Shown here in pieces: positions 19,232 through 29,919 of a stretch of 64,000 bases of DNA (the stretch's first letter is position 1; every line of letters starts with the position of its first letter). Under the pieces are notes generated by a model. The model saw only the letters and a program-made list of their open reading frames with translations, had not been told where the DNA came from and searched no databases. Origin of the DNA: a bacterium (lineage in GTDB: Bacteria > JACRDZ01 > JAQUKH01); assembly GCA_040754625.1 (NCBI GenBank), contig JBFMCF010000054.1:548-64547 (forward strand), given 5' to 3'. A program made the translations under genes and the position numbers.

Positions 19232-19798
19232 CTATTTTACAACAGCAGAAACATTCTCCAGGTAAATATAACTTTTAGCTATCATTTCAGCCTTTATCGT
19301 AATATGCTCATCTTTTTCATTTATATTGGATATTTTTATACTTGATACATTTATTAACCTTGGCAAACCCGCCAGTTTATTCAAAAAAAGCCCTACATTA
19401 TGGAACCCGCCTTTAACATTTAACGTAATCGGGACTTCCCCGTAAAATTCTTTTGTTATAATCGACTGGGGTTTAAAAAATAGAAAGTCTATGTTTGATT
19501 CCCTCCCTTTGGCATCAATACTTTTCAGCAAATCGGGTATTTCCTTTTCCTTGGGAAGCTGCATTTTAACACTGGTTAGTTTCTCTTCGAGATCTTTTAT
19601 TTCGTTTTTCAGCCGTTCCTGGTTTTTTGCCTGGATAGACGCTTTTCTCAATTGAATTTCCTTATTGCTCCTGTCTTCTATTAACTTATCAAATTCTTTT
19701 TCTTTCGGCAAATACAACAAATAAACATATCCCCCGATTAAAATTAAAATTGCCAGTGTATACAAGCCATATCTTTGTTTTTTGCCGATTTTAGCCAT
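19232..19798 (-). CDS. pilO: PilO-like pilus assembly protein
   Basis: 188 aa with an N-terminal TM and coiled-coil. Position is between pilN and pilP. Confidence 0.65.
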   Translation of the reverse strand: MAKIGKKQRYGLYTLAILILIGGYVYLLYLPKEKEFDKLIEDRSNKEIQLRKASIQAKNQERLKNEIKDLEEKLTSVKMQLPKEKEIPDLLKSIDAKGRESNIDFLFFKPQSIITKEFYGEVPITLNVKGGFHNVGLFLNKLAGLPRLINVSSIKISNINEKDEHITIKAEMIAKSYIYLENVSAVVK

Positions 19799-19800
19799 AG

Positions 19801-20346
19801 TTACATTTCCTGCTTTAAGATCAATATTATCTGAAATTTAACAGTATCTTCCTCGCTTTGAACAACCTTCTGCGCGTAATCCAGCTCCACTCTTTGAATA
19901 AAAGCTGATGTTTCCAGTGCCAGCATAAATTTCGCGAGTAAAAGATTTGTAAAAGAAAAACCGTTGATAGTAATGGTCCTCCCGTCATTCTGCGTAAAAT
20001 TCGTAAGCCAGACTCCATTGGGCAATTTTCTTGTCAAATCATCAAAAAACCTGGGCCATATATTACGGTCAACCACTATCTTCTTTATAACATTCATCCG
20101 CTGGAGCAACAAGGATTTGTCTTTCTCCAGTTTGTCGACATTTCTTGCAACTTCACTTAATTTTTCCAGTTCTTTTTCCAAAACACCGATTGAATTTTTT
20201 ATTTCTCCTATTTTACGGCTTTCATACGCGGAAACCAGTCCTCCAAGGACCGCAATTAAAGCAACAACACAAATTAACAATGTTATTTCCTGTTGAAACG
20301 GCCCGAACAATTTTTTTTCCGGCGGCAATAAATTAATTTTTATCAT
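19801..20346 (-). CDS. pilN: PilN-like pilus assembly protein
   Basis: 181 aa. MIKINLLPPEKK... is the PilN signature N-terminus. Confidence 0.7.
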   Translation of the reverse strand: MIKINLLPPEKKLFGPFQQEITLLICVVALIAVLGGLVSAYESRKIGEIKNSIGVLEKELEKLSEVARNVDKLEKDKSLLLQRMNVIKKIVVDRNIWPRFFDDLTRKLPNGVWLTNFTQNDGRTITINGFSFTNLLLAKFMLALETSAFIQRVELDYAQKVVQSEEDTVKFQIILILKQEM

Positions 20347-20374
20347 TATATGCTTCCTCTGCTGCTATTTGCCA

Positions 20375-21550
20375 TCACCTCAGCGCCAATCCAATGCTTA
20401 CTCCTAAAACAGGCGATAATTCTCTTAATTTTGCCATGTCGAATTTAGTTTCATCAATCTTTATATTGGCCAGCGGGTTTGCAACTTCAACAGACACTTT
20501 AAAAATATCAGAAAAATAATCAATTAATCCTTTCATCCGTGCTGTCCCGCCGCTTAAAATTATTTTTTTAATTTCCTTCTCTTCTCCCATCCCGTGGAAA
20601 TAATCAAAGGATCTCCTGACCTCATTAACCAATTGCTCCATCACATTATTGACGACCTTTTTAATCCTCTCTTCATCACTCGCTACCGCGGCAATTTCTT
20701 CTTTTGGCTCTATTTTTTGCGAGTCTGTTTTAGCCCCTTCCAATTCTCCCGCACCACGTATAAATTGTATCCCTTCCGCGACATCAGCCGTTTTTCTCCC
20801 TAATATCTGCGAATCAATCTTCATCAGGTTGATTTTCATCTCTTCCGCTTTATTAAAATCAACATTAAACTCTTTTTGTATCGCCCTTGTAAAATGATTG
20901 CCGCCCACTGAAATCTCGCGCACGAAATAAGGGCTTGTTTTTTTCATAATATTCAGGTTAGTCAGTTCCCCGCCGATATTCAAGAGACATAACACATCAT
21001 CGTCCTTTACTCCCGAACTTGTCTCGTAGGAATTAGCGATTGCGAACGAATCCAGGTCAACCAGCACCGGCTTTAAGCTTAACTGGGACAAAATATCCAT
21101 ATAGCTTTTAATTTTGTCCTTCTTTGCCGCAACCAGCAGCACACCCATTTGTTTCAGTTTCTCATTTTTTTCGTCAGGAATAATCTGGAAATCCAGGACA
21201 ACCTCGTCTATTGAAAAAGGTATATGCTGTTCTGCTTCCCAGTGGATTGAATCCCGCAGTTCTTCCTCAGTCATTAAAGGCATCTTTATCTTTTTTACAA
21301 TGACTGAACGGCCTGAAAGGCCTACTCTTACCTCTTTTATTTTGATATTACTTTCGGTAATGACCTTCCTGATAGCTTCTACAATAGAATTGGCATCAAC
21401 AATTACACCGTCTGATATGGCTTCCGGGGGGAAAGGCGCTGAACCGAAGCTGATTAACTCAATTTCATTTTTCTTTTTTTGAAGTTCAACCATTTTGACC
21501 GCATCGGTCCCGATATCTAAACCGATAGTAATATTTTTTTTGCTGAACAT
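20375..21550 (-). CDS. pilM: type IV pilus assembly ATPase-fold protein PilM
   Basis: 391 aa with an actin-like fold. N-terminal ...IGLDIGTDAVKMVEL... Confidence 0.85.
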   Translation of the reverse strand: MFSKKNITIGLDIGTDAVKMVELQKKKNEIELISFGSAPFPPEAISDGVIVDANSIVEAIRKVITESNIKIKEVRVGLSGRSVIVKKIKMPLMTEEELRDSIHWEAEQHIPFSIDEVVLDFQIIPDEKNEKLKQMGVLLVAAKKDKIKSYMDILSQLSLKPVLVDLDSFAIANSYETSSGVKDDDVLCLLNIGGELTNLNIMKKTSPYFVREISVGGNHFTRAIQKEFNVDFNKAEEMKINLMKIDSQILGRKTADVAEGIQFIRGAGELEGAKTDSQKIEPKEEIAAVASDEERIKKVVNNVMEQLVNEVRRSFDYFHGMGEEKEIKKIILSGGTARMKGLIDYFSDIFKVSVEVANPLANIKIDETKFDMAKLRELSPVLGVSIGLALR

Positions 21551-21619
21551 TATTACTCCTGATAAAATTAAGGCCTGATTCTGTTATCGGAAGATAAATG
21601 AACAAACTTGAAGAGTTTG

Positions 21620-22867
21620 TTAATAAGTTGTATCAGGGGTTAATTCTTTCCAGGAATAAGTAGTTAACTGGTCCAACCCCACTCCCGGGATAACTAACTC
21701 AAGCAGGGTCGTGTCAAAGGCAACATTATAAGCGCCGCCGCCGCCGTTAAATACTGCTCCCTTGGCGAATAATGCGCCGTTGCCGATTCCTGAATTTCCG
21801 TTTAAGGTAAAATTCCCCTCGGTAAAAAGGACACCGTCTGTTGATTCAGACCTGCCGCTGAGAGTAATATTTCCCGTGGCCGCTATAGTAAAAGGATTAC
21901 CCACGCCATCAGGGCAATCCACCCCGGGATTAGAATTGGTAGCAGGATTGCCATCCGGGTCCGCGTCATTTCTTACATGTGTAATTATTGCGCTTTGAAG
22001 GGTGAAATTACCATTGACTACTATTGTCCCATTCAGATAAACATCCTGATCAATTGTAAGGTCTCCGTTGTAATAAATCAACCCGGCGGGATTCACTGCA
22101 TCATGGCTGTTCAGATAAGCTATTAACGTATCATAATTACTGATGACCACGCCTGTACTGTATAGATACTCCCCGTTATTGGGATTTACCCCCCCGTTTA
22201 CAGCCGCGGAGGCATACAAATCAAAATTAAACGAAATAGGCGGGAGTTCGGCGGCACCGGAGGTTATAACTCCATTAACAGTCCCCGCAGCAGTACTTGT
22301 GCCATGAGATGAAATATTCCCGTTGATTGTGGCAGACCCGCCGTCCTGGTTTAAATCCCCGTTTGCATATAAATCACCGTTTACCGTAATCCCCCCGTGC
22401 AAGGTAAGGTCACCGTCAGAAAATACGGCATGTTCAAAATGGGTATCCGGATCTTCCACAGTTGTCTTTTTCAGGACCAATTCTATCCGCCGCCGCCTGT
22501 TCAGATGCTTTCCCTGGGATTCAATAGTGATAAATTTATTTGAACTAATTGTATTTCTTACTCTTACGGAATATACGCCTGAATCAAAAGGGGTGTTGTT
22601 TATAACCGTAGAATAATTGCCGGAAGGGTTCGTGGCCCCATAATTTTCATTCTGGGAAAGTTTAAAGGTTGCCTCATGAATACCGGCATTGGCATAATAA
22701 AATGCCTTTTCCGTTTTTTCTTCCGTCGAAGAAAGTTGTATTTCATGCTGGGATATATATAAAAAAACAGTGATAAAAATCGCTATCACAGCAAGGAAAA
22801 GCATGGCGATAACAAGCGCGATACCTTTCTGGTTAACTGCAGGTTTATTTTCTCCCATTATTACCAC
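21620..22867 (-). CDS. PilX-N-domain minor pilin-like protein with Gly/Asn-rich C-terminal region
   Basis: 415 aa. N-terminal ...QKGIALVIAMLFLAVIAIF... Long G/N/T-rich repeats suggest a beta-helix or tip adhesin. Confidence 0.55.
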   Translation of the reverse strand: MVIMGENKPAVNQKGIALVIAMLFLAVIAIFITVFLYISQHEIQLSSTEEKTEKAFYYANAGIHEATFKLSQNENYGATNPSGNYSTVINNTPFDSGVYSVRVRNTISSNKFITIESQGKHLNRRRRIELVLKKTTVEDPDTHFEHAVFSDGDLTLHGGITVNGDLYANGDLNQDGGSATINGNISSHGTSTAAGTVNGVITSGAAELPPISFNFDLYASAAVNGGVNPNNGEYLYSTGVVISNYDTLIAYLNSHDAVNPAGLIYYNGDLTIDQDVYLNGTIVVNGNFTLQSAIITHVRNDADPDGNPATNSNPGVDCPDGVGNPFTIAATGNITLSGRSESTDGVLFTEGNFTLNGNSGIGNGALFAKGAVFNGGGGAYNVAFDTTLLELVIPGVGLDQLTTYSWKELTPDTTY

Positions 22868-22910
22868 CTCCTAAATCAGTCTTTTACTTACAACTTAAAA
22901 CTTATAACTA

Positions 22911-23552
22911 TTAGAACAGCTTCAGGTTCCTCAATTGCACGCTTGTTTCAACAATAGTATTTTTGGGCCCGTCTAAATCAACAACACTGTCGCTGTTAAA
23001 ATCAAACCTGTCTGTATCGACCTCAACAGTAATTTTTATCAAAGTAACCCTGGCCAATTCATCAGATGTGTCTATCGCGGTAGAACTCGCGCCGCCTGGA
23101 TCGGACGCCGCGATTTCAGCCGCGCTCACAACCCCATCCCCGTTAGTATCCAGCGTTAAATCATTCCCAAAATAATCAAAAGCAAGCGCCTTTACATATT
23201 CCCCTTTAATATCGTCGCTTACAAGCACATTAAAGGCGTCTTTTATCAGGCGGTGCATTTTTTGATTTTCCACAGGCCCCTCCAGGTAATAAGAAATCCT
23301 GTTCCCGTTCGTGTCCCGCACTGTCAAACTGTCGAAATCCGCGGAAAAAGCAGTCGCCTCCCTTATTTCTCTCGCCATCACCTCAACCACAACCCTCGCA
23401 TTCTGGCTTGAACGGACTTGTTTTCTCCCTGCCTGGAATGCCTTGTTTGCCTGTATAAAAATTGTATAAACACCGGTTATTATTATTATAAAGATAAACA
23501 TGGCAACTAAAAATTCAACAAGTGTAAAACCTTTTTCTTTATTAATATTCAT
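22911..23552 (-). CDS. minor pilin (prepilin-type N-terminal cleavage/methylation domain; PilV/PilW-like)
   Basis: 213 aa. ...KEKG|FTLVEFLVAMFIF... Confidence 0.6.
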   Translation of the reverse strand: MNINKEKGFTLVEFLVAMFIFIIIITGVYTIFIQANKAFQAGRKQVRSSQNARVVVEVMAREIREATAFSADFDSLTVRDTNGNRISYYLEGPVENQKMHRLIKDAFNVLVSDDIKGEYVKALAFDYFGNDLTLDTNGDGVVSAAEIAASDPGGASSTAIDTSDELARVTLIKITVEVDTDRFDFNSDSVVDLDGPKNTIVETSVQLRNLKLF

Positions 23553-23558
23553 AATTAT

Positions 23559-25946
23559 TCATGGCCCAAATGTTATAAAAACATTTGAATTCTTAGACGC
23601 ATTATCATAACCAACAGTCAATTCTTTGCCATTCTGGCCCTTTGTGGCATTAAATATTATTCTGATTATCAACCTGTCGTTTATCGCGCTTGAGCTGATA
23701 TTTTCCGTCCATGAATAAGCGTGATACGAGCCTACAAAATTCCTGGCATCTTCATCATCAAAGGCGGTCGATCTGTATAAAATACCCGTGGAATAATAAT
23801 AAAGCTTGGCATAAAATTTGCCCTGGATATTTACATGTTCATTGGAGGCCCAGACAGTAAAAGTCCAGTCGCCGGACGGGTTCACAAATACAGTATCCGA
23901 CAGCCAATTTCCATAAACATATTCTCCCGATGAGGCGACAACTTTGTCAATTTCCTGGACAAAAGCCTGGTCCGGTGCGGTAGTCGTAAGGTTTTGATAA
24001 CTGCTGTTAACCGGGGAGTTTTCCACATGGAAAGAATAAGTAGCTGTCGGAGAATTTATTGTAGTAAATGTCCATGCCTGTTCGGCAGACATTGAATTAC
24101 CGGCTAAATCTTTAACTCCTGTTGTCACAACAGCGGTATATGTTGTCTGGTAGCTTAAATTGCTTGTTGGTGTAAGTGTAAAAGTATAATTCGCGGGATT
24201 ATAGGTAATACCCGCGGGAATATTTGTCACACCGCCCTGGAGAAGCTTAACATTGTTTGAATTAGTAATGGTAGATTCAATCATTGGCTCGCTGAAAACC
24301 CCGCTTACACTTGTGTCCAATGGAACACCGGTTGCGGCGTCAGCCGGTTTAAGATTTGACAAGGCCGGCGGTATAGTATCAGAAGCAATAACCGTAATAT
24401 GATAAAAATTACCGCTCTGGGCATTTGGTGGAGAGGTAACTAAATTCCCCGCCTTGTCCCACGCGGCAATATAATAATCCACATCATAATTACTGTCACC
24501 GCTCCAGTCCCTGATTACCTCCGAGAAAATTACAGCCTGCCAGTTGCCGTTATTAATATTCCCTGAAACCAAAGACATTTTGGCCGTAGTGCTGTATGTG
24601 CTATCTACATCCTGGTACCCGATAAAAGGCCCGGTTGTAGTGGAATCTATCCCCATAAAATCCGTCATTTGCGCTGTAATGGTTATACTGGTAGATTCAA
24701 TGGCTGACGAAACGGGCGTAGTAGTTATGACCGGCGGGGTAGTATCTTTTACGCCAAAATAATAAACGGGACTCGTCCCCGAATTACCCGCGCCGTCCCT
24801 CGCTTCAAAGTAATACTCGGCATCCTGCACCAGGCTGAGCGGGTCCCTGTCCAAAACATAAGCCGCGGGCACGGTTCCCGACCACGTTCCGTATGTTAAA
24901 CTCCCGCCGGCCAATGCAAGTGTTGTAGAACTGTAACTATTGGATTGATACCAGAGCAAAGGGCCGACCACGCTTAAACTATCCGCCATTACTACCTGTA
25001 TAACCGCGGGATTTCCCGCTTCAACAGGTACAGCGGTAACTACAACCGGCGGGGGAATTACCTGCGGCGGTGTTGTATCAATAACAAACGTTCCGGTACT
25101 TGATCCGGGGTTGCCCTGTTCATCAACACCAGACACATTTACGAGCGCGGTCCCATCCGGGGTCGGTCCGTCCGTGGGATCATCCGCATTCCCCTGGGAA
25201 ATGGTTACAGCGGAAGAATTTTGATATGTAAAATTGTTGATTGCCTCATTATAATCAGCGGCTTCTACCAGGGCAACTGTTATGGCGGATCCCTGGTAAG
25301 CTGTCCCGTATGCCGGTATAAAATTTAATATGGGAACACCTCCTAATTTTTCGCTCGCGCTGACATTTATTGTAATAGTCCCCGCGCCCGTAATGCTTGG
25401 CGTCACCTGGCAGATAAAAGAGGGGCCTATATTATCACTCCCGGCAAGAAGCCTGGGACCTACATAAGTTTGCAGGGTATGGCTTTGCGCCACCCCTTTC
25501 TGGTCGCTCCAGTTAAGGTCAATAATCAATCTTTTATAATCCGTGGTATTTCCAAATGAGTCATAAGCGCCTGTCCCGTCTGCAGGGTCGTCTATCGGTT
25601 GAACTTCTATAAACCATGCGACAGGAGTATTTCCCACGTATGTTGTCCCCAGAAGCTCGTTTTCTGTCACATCTCTTGTATTATTTAAATTTGAATCTTT
25701 ATACCCGGGGCTGCCCGTCCCGATATAGTAAAAATTCATGTCTTCAATCTCTTCTAATTTCTGCCTGGCAAAATTAATGACAGACATTTTGTTTTCCGCT
25801 TTTTTAGCGCCAAGAAAACCATAACTTAACAGGGAAATCAACGCCAGTAACCCGACTGAAAGTATTAACATAGCCACGAGAATCTCAACAAGCGTAAATC
25901 CCATGTTAGTTTTTAGTTTTAAATCTTTAGTTTTAAGTCTTTTCAT
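23559..25946 (-). CDS. giant pilin-like protein (about 795 aa) with class III signal and Ig-like/adhesin-like C-terminal domains
   Basis: ...KTNMG|FTLVEILVAMLILSVG... then about 750 aa of Thr/Ser/Gly-rich beta-domains. The start was chosen at the ATG forming an ATGA overlap with the pilD stop. The ORF track extends to 25979. Confidence 0.6.
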   Translation of the reverse strand: MKRLKTKDLKLKTNMGFTLVEILVAMLILSVGLLALISLLSYGFLGAKKAENKMSVINFARQKLEEIEDMNFYYIGTGSPGYKDSNLNNTRDVTENELLGTTYVGNTPVAWFIEVQPIDDPADGTGAYDSFGNTTDYKRLIIDLNWSDQKGVAQSHTLQTYVGPRLLAGSDNIGPSFICQVTPSITGAGTITINVSASEKLGGVPILNFIPAYGTAYQGSAITVALVEAADYNEAINNFTYQNSSAVTISQGNADDPTDGPTPDGTALVNVSGVDEQGNPGSSTGTFVIDTTPPQVIPPPVVVTAVPVEAGNPAVIQVVMADSLSVVGPLLWYQSNSYSSTTLALAGGSLTYGTWSGTVPAAYVLDRDPLSLVQDAEYYFEARDGAGNSGTSPVYYFGVKDTTPPVITTTPVSSAIESTSITITAQMTDFMGIDSTTTGPFIGYQDVDSTYSTTAKMSLVSGNINNGNWQAVIFSEVIRDWSGDSNYDVDYYIAAWDKAGNLVTSPPNAQSGNFYHITVIASDTIPPALSNLKPADAATGVPLDTSVSGVFSEPMIESTITNSNNVKLLQGGVTNIPAGITYNPANYTFTLTPTSNLSYQTTYTAVVTTGVKDLAGNSMSAEQAWTFTTINSPTATYSFHVENSPVNSSYQNLTTTAPDQAFVQEIDKVVASSGEYVYGNWLSDTVFVNPSGDWTFTVWASNEHVNIQGKFYAKLYYYSTGILYRSTAFDDEDARNFVGSYHAYSWTENISSSAINDRLIIRIIFNATKGQNGKELTVGYDNASKNSNVFITFGP

Positions 25947-26692
25947 CCTAACCACCACCTGTAAATTGTTTCTCCCCAAAAAATGGAAATGACCGATGCC
26001 GTTGCAAGATACGGCCCAAAAGGGATCTCATCCCTTCTTTTTTTAATCTTAAAAACAAGCAGGATAATTCCGATAAAACCTCCTATTATAAATGAAAGCA
26101 AAACCGTTAAAAAAGCGTTCTTCAACCCGAGAAACACGCCAATCAATCCTGCCAGTTTAATGTCACCTATCCCCATGCCGCCGCGGCTTGCAAAAACAAT
26201 AAATCCAAAAACCCCAAGGCCTAAAACCATTCCCAGAAACGCATCAAAAAAATTCAGAAAACTTTTATCAATAAAGGCAAACACAAGATTTAAAACTAAT
26301 CCTGTTATTATCCCCGGAACAGTTATTATGTCTGGGATTAACGTCGTCCGCGCGTCAATAAAACCAATGACCAAAAGCATTGATGTCAAAAATACATACA
26401 TGAATAATTCTCTGGAGAAACCCCACTTTACATATATATACCAAAAAATAATGCCCGTCAAAAATTCAACTGCCGGATATTGCAGGGAAATCCTTCCCAG
26501 GCAATATCGGCATTTCCCTCCCAATAGTAAAAAACTAATTATTGGGACATTATCGAACCATCTTAAATTCTTTTTGCATTCAGGGCAGTGTGAAGCGGGA
26601 AAAATTACAGATTCATCCTCTATAAAACGGCAGATACAAACATTCAAGAAACTTCCTATACATAATCCAAAGATAAATATTATTAATGACAT
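25943..26692 (-). CDS. pilD: prepilin peptidase (A24 family)
   Basis: 249 aa. CPECKKNLRWFDNVPIISF... zinc-finger-like motif and a TM core. Confidence 0.85.
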   Translation of the reverse strand: MSLIIFIFGLCIGSFLNVCICRFIEDESVIFPASHCPECKKNLRWFDNVPIISFLLLGGKCRYCLGRISLQYPAVEFLTGIIFWYIYVKWGFSRELFMYVFLTSMLLVIGFIDARTTLIPDIITVPGIITGLVLNLVFAFIDKSFLNFFDAFLGMVLGLGVFGFIVFASRGGMGIGDIKLAGLIGVFLGLKNAFLTVLLSFIIGGFIGIILLVFKIKKRRDEIPFGPYLATASVISIFWGETIYRWWLG

Positions 26693-26767
26693 GAAAATAA
26701 AGAAAACTCCCCCAACCCCCTCTTTATTTAAAGAGGGGGATAAAAGGGGGCGTTAAATTTTCCTCTT

Positions 26768-26808
26768 AAAAAAATAACGGTGGCAAGTCTATTAACTTTA
26801 CCACCGTT
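26768..26808 (-). terminator. Rho-independent terminator after pilA
   Basis: On the minus strand there is an AACGGTGG...CCACCGTT stem followed by a T7 run. A second hairpin CCCCTCTTTA...AAAGAGGGG follows. Confidence 0.6.
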
Positions 26809-26833
26809 ATTCCGGTTTCGACAAAACCAAATC

Positions 26834-27289
26834 TTATGGAGTGCCAAGAGTACTCTTGCAGTTAGCCAATGTATCCGGGCCTGCTTTCGTACCAGCCTGA
26901 GTTAAGCCGAAATAATGGTCTGCATCCCTACCGATCGCATAAATACGATAAGCGGTGGGCGTGCTGTTGACATCATTAAGCGCGCCGGCAAAACTTCCTG
27001 TTGTGGAATCCAATTTTATATTTGTAGGAAAATCATCGCCTATAATAGTTGATAAAGCTGTTCCCGTGGAAGCCGCCGCGAGCGTAGGATACGCTCCGTT
27101 GTCAGCCGCGTACATTTCCAACGCCGTCTTTACCGCTTCAAGTGTCGAAAGGGCTGACGCGTCCTGCGCCTTGCCTCTTGCATTTAAGAAATTGGGAATT
27201 GCTACTGCTGCTAAAATACCTAAAATTGCTATAACGATCATAAGCTCGATTAACGTAAAACCCTTTTCTTTCTTAAATATCTTTTTCAT
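26834..27289 (-). CDS. pilA: major type IVa pilin
   Basis: 151 aa. MKKIFKKEKG|FTLIELMIVIAILGILAAVAIPNF... Confidence 0.85.
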   Translation of the reverse strand: MKKIFKKEKGFTLIELMIVIAILGILAAVAIPNFLNARGKAQDASALSTLEAVKTALEMYAADNGAYPTLAAASTGTALSTIIGDDFPTNIKLDSTTGSFAGALNDVNSTPTAYRIYAIGRDADHYFGLTQAGTKAGPDTLANCKSTLGTP

Positions 27290-27406
27290 ATTGATTCACC
27301 TCCTTTCAAATACTAAACTCATTTTCGGGAAAAACCTTTTAAAACTTTAATTGAACCTGTTTTTTATATATTCCAAATAACTCCAATTGTCAAGTGAAAT
27401 TATATT

Positions 27407-28612
27407 TTACCCGACAAGCTGAGACATCTTTATTATTGGCAGGAACAAAGCAATAACTACAACGCCGATTACAGTTCCTAAAAATACCATTAAGAGAGGC
27501 TCAATCAGGGCCGTCAATCCTTCAACCGCCGTATTGACCTCCTCATCGTAAAAATCCGCAATTTTTGTAAGCATCTGGTCCAGGGCGCCTGTTTCCTCCC
27601 CGACAGATATCATCTGTGTAACCATGGCCGGGAAAACACCGCTGTCACGCAGGGGGACAGCTATATTCGCCCCTTTCTGAATACTGTCTCTCGCGTTATT
27701 CACGGCGGTTTCAACTACCGTATTGCCTGCCGTTTTCGCCGTTATGTTCAAAGACTCAACTATAGGCACGCCGCTTGAAATAAGCGTCCCGAGGGTCCTC
27801 GTGAATTTCGCGACCGCTACCTTACGGAGAAGTATGCCGAAAACCGGCATCTTGAGAACAAATTTATCTACTTCCCTCCTGCCTTTATCTGTATTTTTTA
27901 TCCTCCACAAAAGGAAGCCTACACCGAAAAAAAACCCAAAAACCAGGAAAAAATATTTTTTCATAAAATTACTGGTATTTAAAAGCGCCTGGGTAATCGC
28001 GGGAAGCTGGCCCCCAAAAGAAGAAAACATGGAGGCAAACGTGGGGACAATAAAAAGCATAAGCGAGCTTACGATAACGAGTGCAATAATAGAAACTGTA
28101 ACAGGATAAACCAGGGCGCTTTTTACCTTTTTTTGCAGACGTTCCGCATTTTCAATATACAGGGCAAGACGGTTCATAACTACATCCAAAACCCCCCCGA
28201 TTTCTCCCGCATTTATCATATTTACAAAAAGGTTGTCAAAAACCTTCGGATGTTTGGAAAGCGATTCCGCGAATGTGGCCCCGCCTTCCACTTTTTGCGT
28301 TATCTGTTCAATAATCTTCTTGAATTTAGGGTGGTCCATCTGGGAGGATAAAATAGTCAAACACTGGACCAGCGGCAGCCCCGCGCTGATCATAGTTGAA
28401 AACTGCCTGGTAAATATAGCTACATCCCTGGTTTTTATGGCTTTGCCAAAGTCAAAATTAATATTAAAATCTTTTGACTTTTGCTTAATAGAAATAGGTG
28501 TAATGCCTTTTGCCCTCAAAAACATTACAACATTATTCTGGTTGTCCCCGTCCATCGTGCCACTGATAATCTGGCCTTCACGGTTTCTCCCTGAATATGT
28601 AAAAGTAGCCAT
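27407..28612 (-). CDS. pilC: type IV pilus inner-membrane platform protein (GspF family)
   Basis: 401 aa. Two GspF repeats. Confidence 0.85.
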   Translation of the reverse strand: MATFTYSGRNREGQIISGTMDGDNQNNVVMFLRAKGITPISIKQKSKDFNINFDFGKAIKTRDVAIFTRQFSTMISAGLPLVQCLTILSSQMDHPKFKKIIEQITQKVEGGATFAESLSKHPKVFDNLFVNMINAGEIGGVLDVVMNRLALYIENAERLQKKVKSALVYPVTVSIIALVIVSSLMLFIVPTFASMFSSFGGQLPAITQALLNTSNFMKKYFFLVFGFFFGVGFLLWRIKNTDKGRREVDKFVLKMPVFGILLRKVAVAKFTRTLGTLISSGVPIVESLNITAKTAGNTVVETAVNNARDSIQKGANIAVPLRDSGVFPAMVTQMISVGEETGALDQMLTKIADFYDEEVNTAVEGLTALIEPLLMVFLGTVIGVVVIALFLPIIKMSQLVG

Positions 28613-28621
28613 AAAACTCCT

Positions 28622-29686
28622 TTATCTCCCTTTACCAAGCATCTGATAAAACTCTTCCTGGTTGAATGAATGATTAACTGCCTCGTCATAACTGATTGCG
28701 CCCGTGGCATAAAGGTTCAAAAGTCCCTGGTTCATAGTCTGCATTCCCAATTTCTGGCTTGTCTGCAGAGTAGAATATATCTGGTGTACCTTCTCCTCCC
28801 TGATGAGGTTCCGTATGGCCGGGTTTGGAACAAGAACTTCCAGGGCAAGCGCCCTGCCTTTCCCTCCTGCCTTGGGTAACAATTGCTGTGATATAACTCC
28901 TTCCATGACAAAGGACAACTGCATCCTGACCTGGGGCTGCTGGTGAGGAGGAAAAACATCAATAATCCTGTTAATGGTCTGTATTGTATCATTGGTATGA
29001 AGGGTCGCGAAAACCAGATGTCCCGTTTCCGCGATTACAAGTGCCGCGCTTATGGTCTCAAGGTCCCTCATTTCACCTATCAGGATTATATCAGGGTCCT
29101 GCCGTAAAACATATTTTAAAGCGTTAACAAACGAAAATGTGTCCTGACCGACTTCTCTCTGGTTGATAATGGATTTTTTATGCATATGCACATATTCAAT
29201 CGGGTCTTCTACTGTTATAATATGGCAGGAACGCTCGCTATTTATAAGGTCAATAATGGAGGCTAATGTTGTCGACTTCCCGCTTCCTGTAGGGCCCGTT
29301 ACTAAAACAAGACCGCGGGGCTTTCTCGCCATGGTCTTTACAACACCTGGGAGACCTAATTCCTCAAAGGAAAGTATACGGTAAGGGATAGTCCTTATCG
29401 CACACGCAATACAATTCCTGTCATAATAGACGTTTACCCTGAAACGGGACAGGTCTTTTATGCCGAACGCGGTGTCTAATTCCCTTTCCCGTTCCAATTT
29501 TTTTTTCTGGTCGTCGCTTAATATACTATAAACCAGTTCACGGCATGTTTCGGGAGTAAGTTTTTCTTCTCCGAAAGATATTAACGTCCCGTCAATTCTG
29601 AACTGGGGAGGCATTCCTACAACCAGGTGCAAATCAGACGCGCGTTCTTTAACCATGGTTTTAAGCATTTCAGATAAAGAAAACAT
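28622..29686 (-). CDS. pilT: twitching motility retraction ATPase
   Basis: 354 aa. Walker A GPTGSGKST and the PilT length and N-terminus. Confidence 0.9.
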   Translation of the reverse strand: MFSLSEMLKTMVKERASDLHLVVGMPPQFRIDGTLISFGEEKLTPETCRELVYSILSDDQKKKLERERELDTAFGIKDLSRFRVNVYYDRNCIACAIRTIPYRILSFEELGLPGVVKTMARKPRGLVLVTGPTGSGKSTTLASIIDLINSERSCHIITVEDPIEYVHMHKKSIINQREVGQDTFSFVNALKYVLRQDPDIILIGEMRDLETISAALVIAETGHLVFATLHTNDTIQTINRIIDVFPPHQQPQVRMQLSFVMEGVISQQLLPKAGGKGRALALEVLVPNPAIRNLIREEKVHQIYSTLQTSQKLGMQTMNQGLLNLYATGAISYDEAVNHSFNQEEFYQMLGKGR

Positions 29687-29919
29687 ATTCCTCCTTCAAT
29701 GAGCAAATGATTTATAAAGCCTACAGGCTTCATAAATCATAGCGTAGCGTCTGCGAATTGAACCCCGCACCTAACCGTCTATTAAACCTTTACTATGAAA
29801 ATTCCATACGTTACGGAATATTTACATCTCACCCCACAGAAGGTTTTGGTGCGGGGTAAATTCGACCTAACAACTTAGCTTTGTCCGCCTTCGGCGGACT
29901 TGCCAAGTTGTGGTCTCAT
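29687..29919 (-). promoter_or_regulatory. highly structured pilB-pilT intergenic region
   Basis: Three elements: a 15-bp imperfect palindrome 29707..29740 just upstream of the pilT RBS; a long-range CCCCGCACC/GGTGCGGGG pair at 29763-29771 and 29848-29856; and a GTCCGCC-UUCG-GGCGGAC hairpin at 29883..29899. Confidence 0.4.

Noticed and set aside
25983-26756. 257-aa plus-strand ORF
   Set aside because: Lies entirely antisense within pilD, has a low-complexity basic composition and no signals. An artefact of an AT-rich frame.
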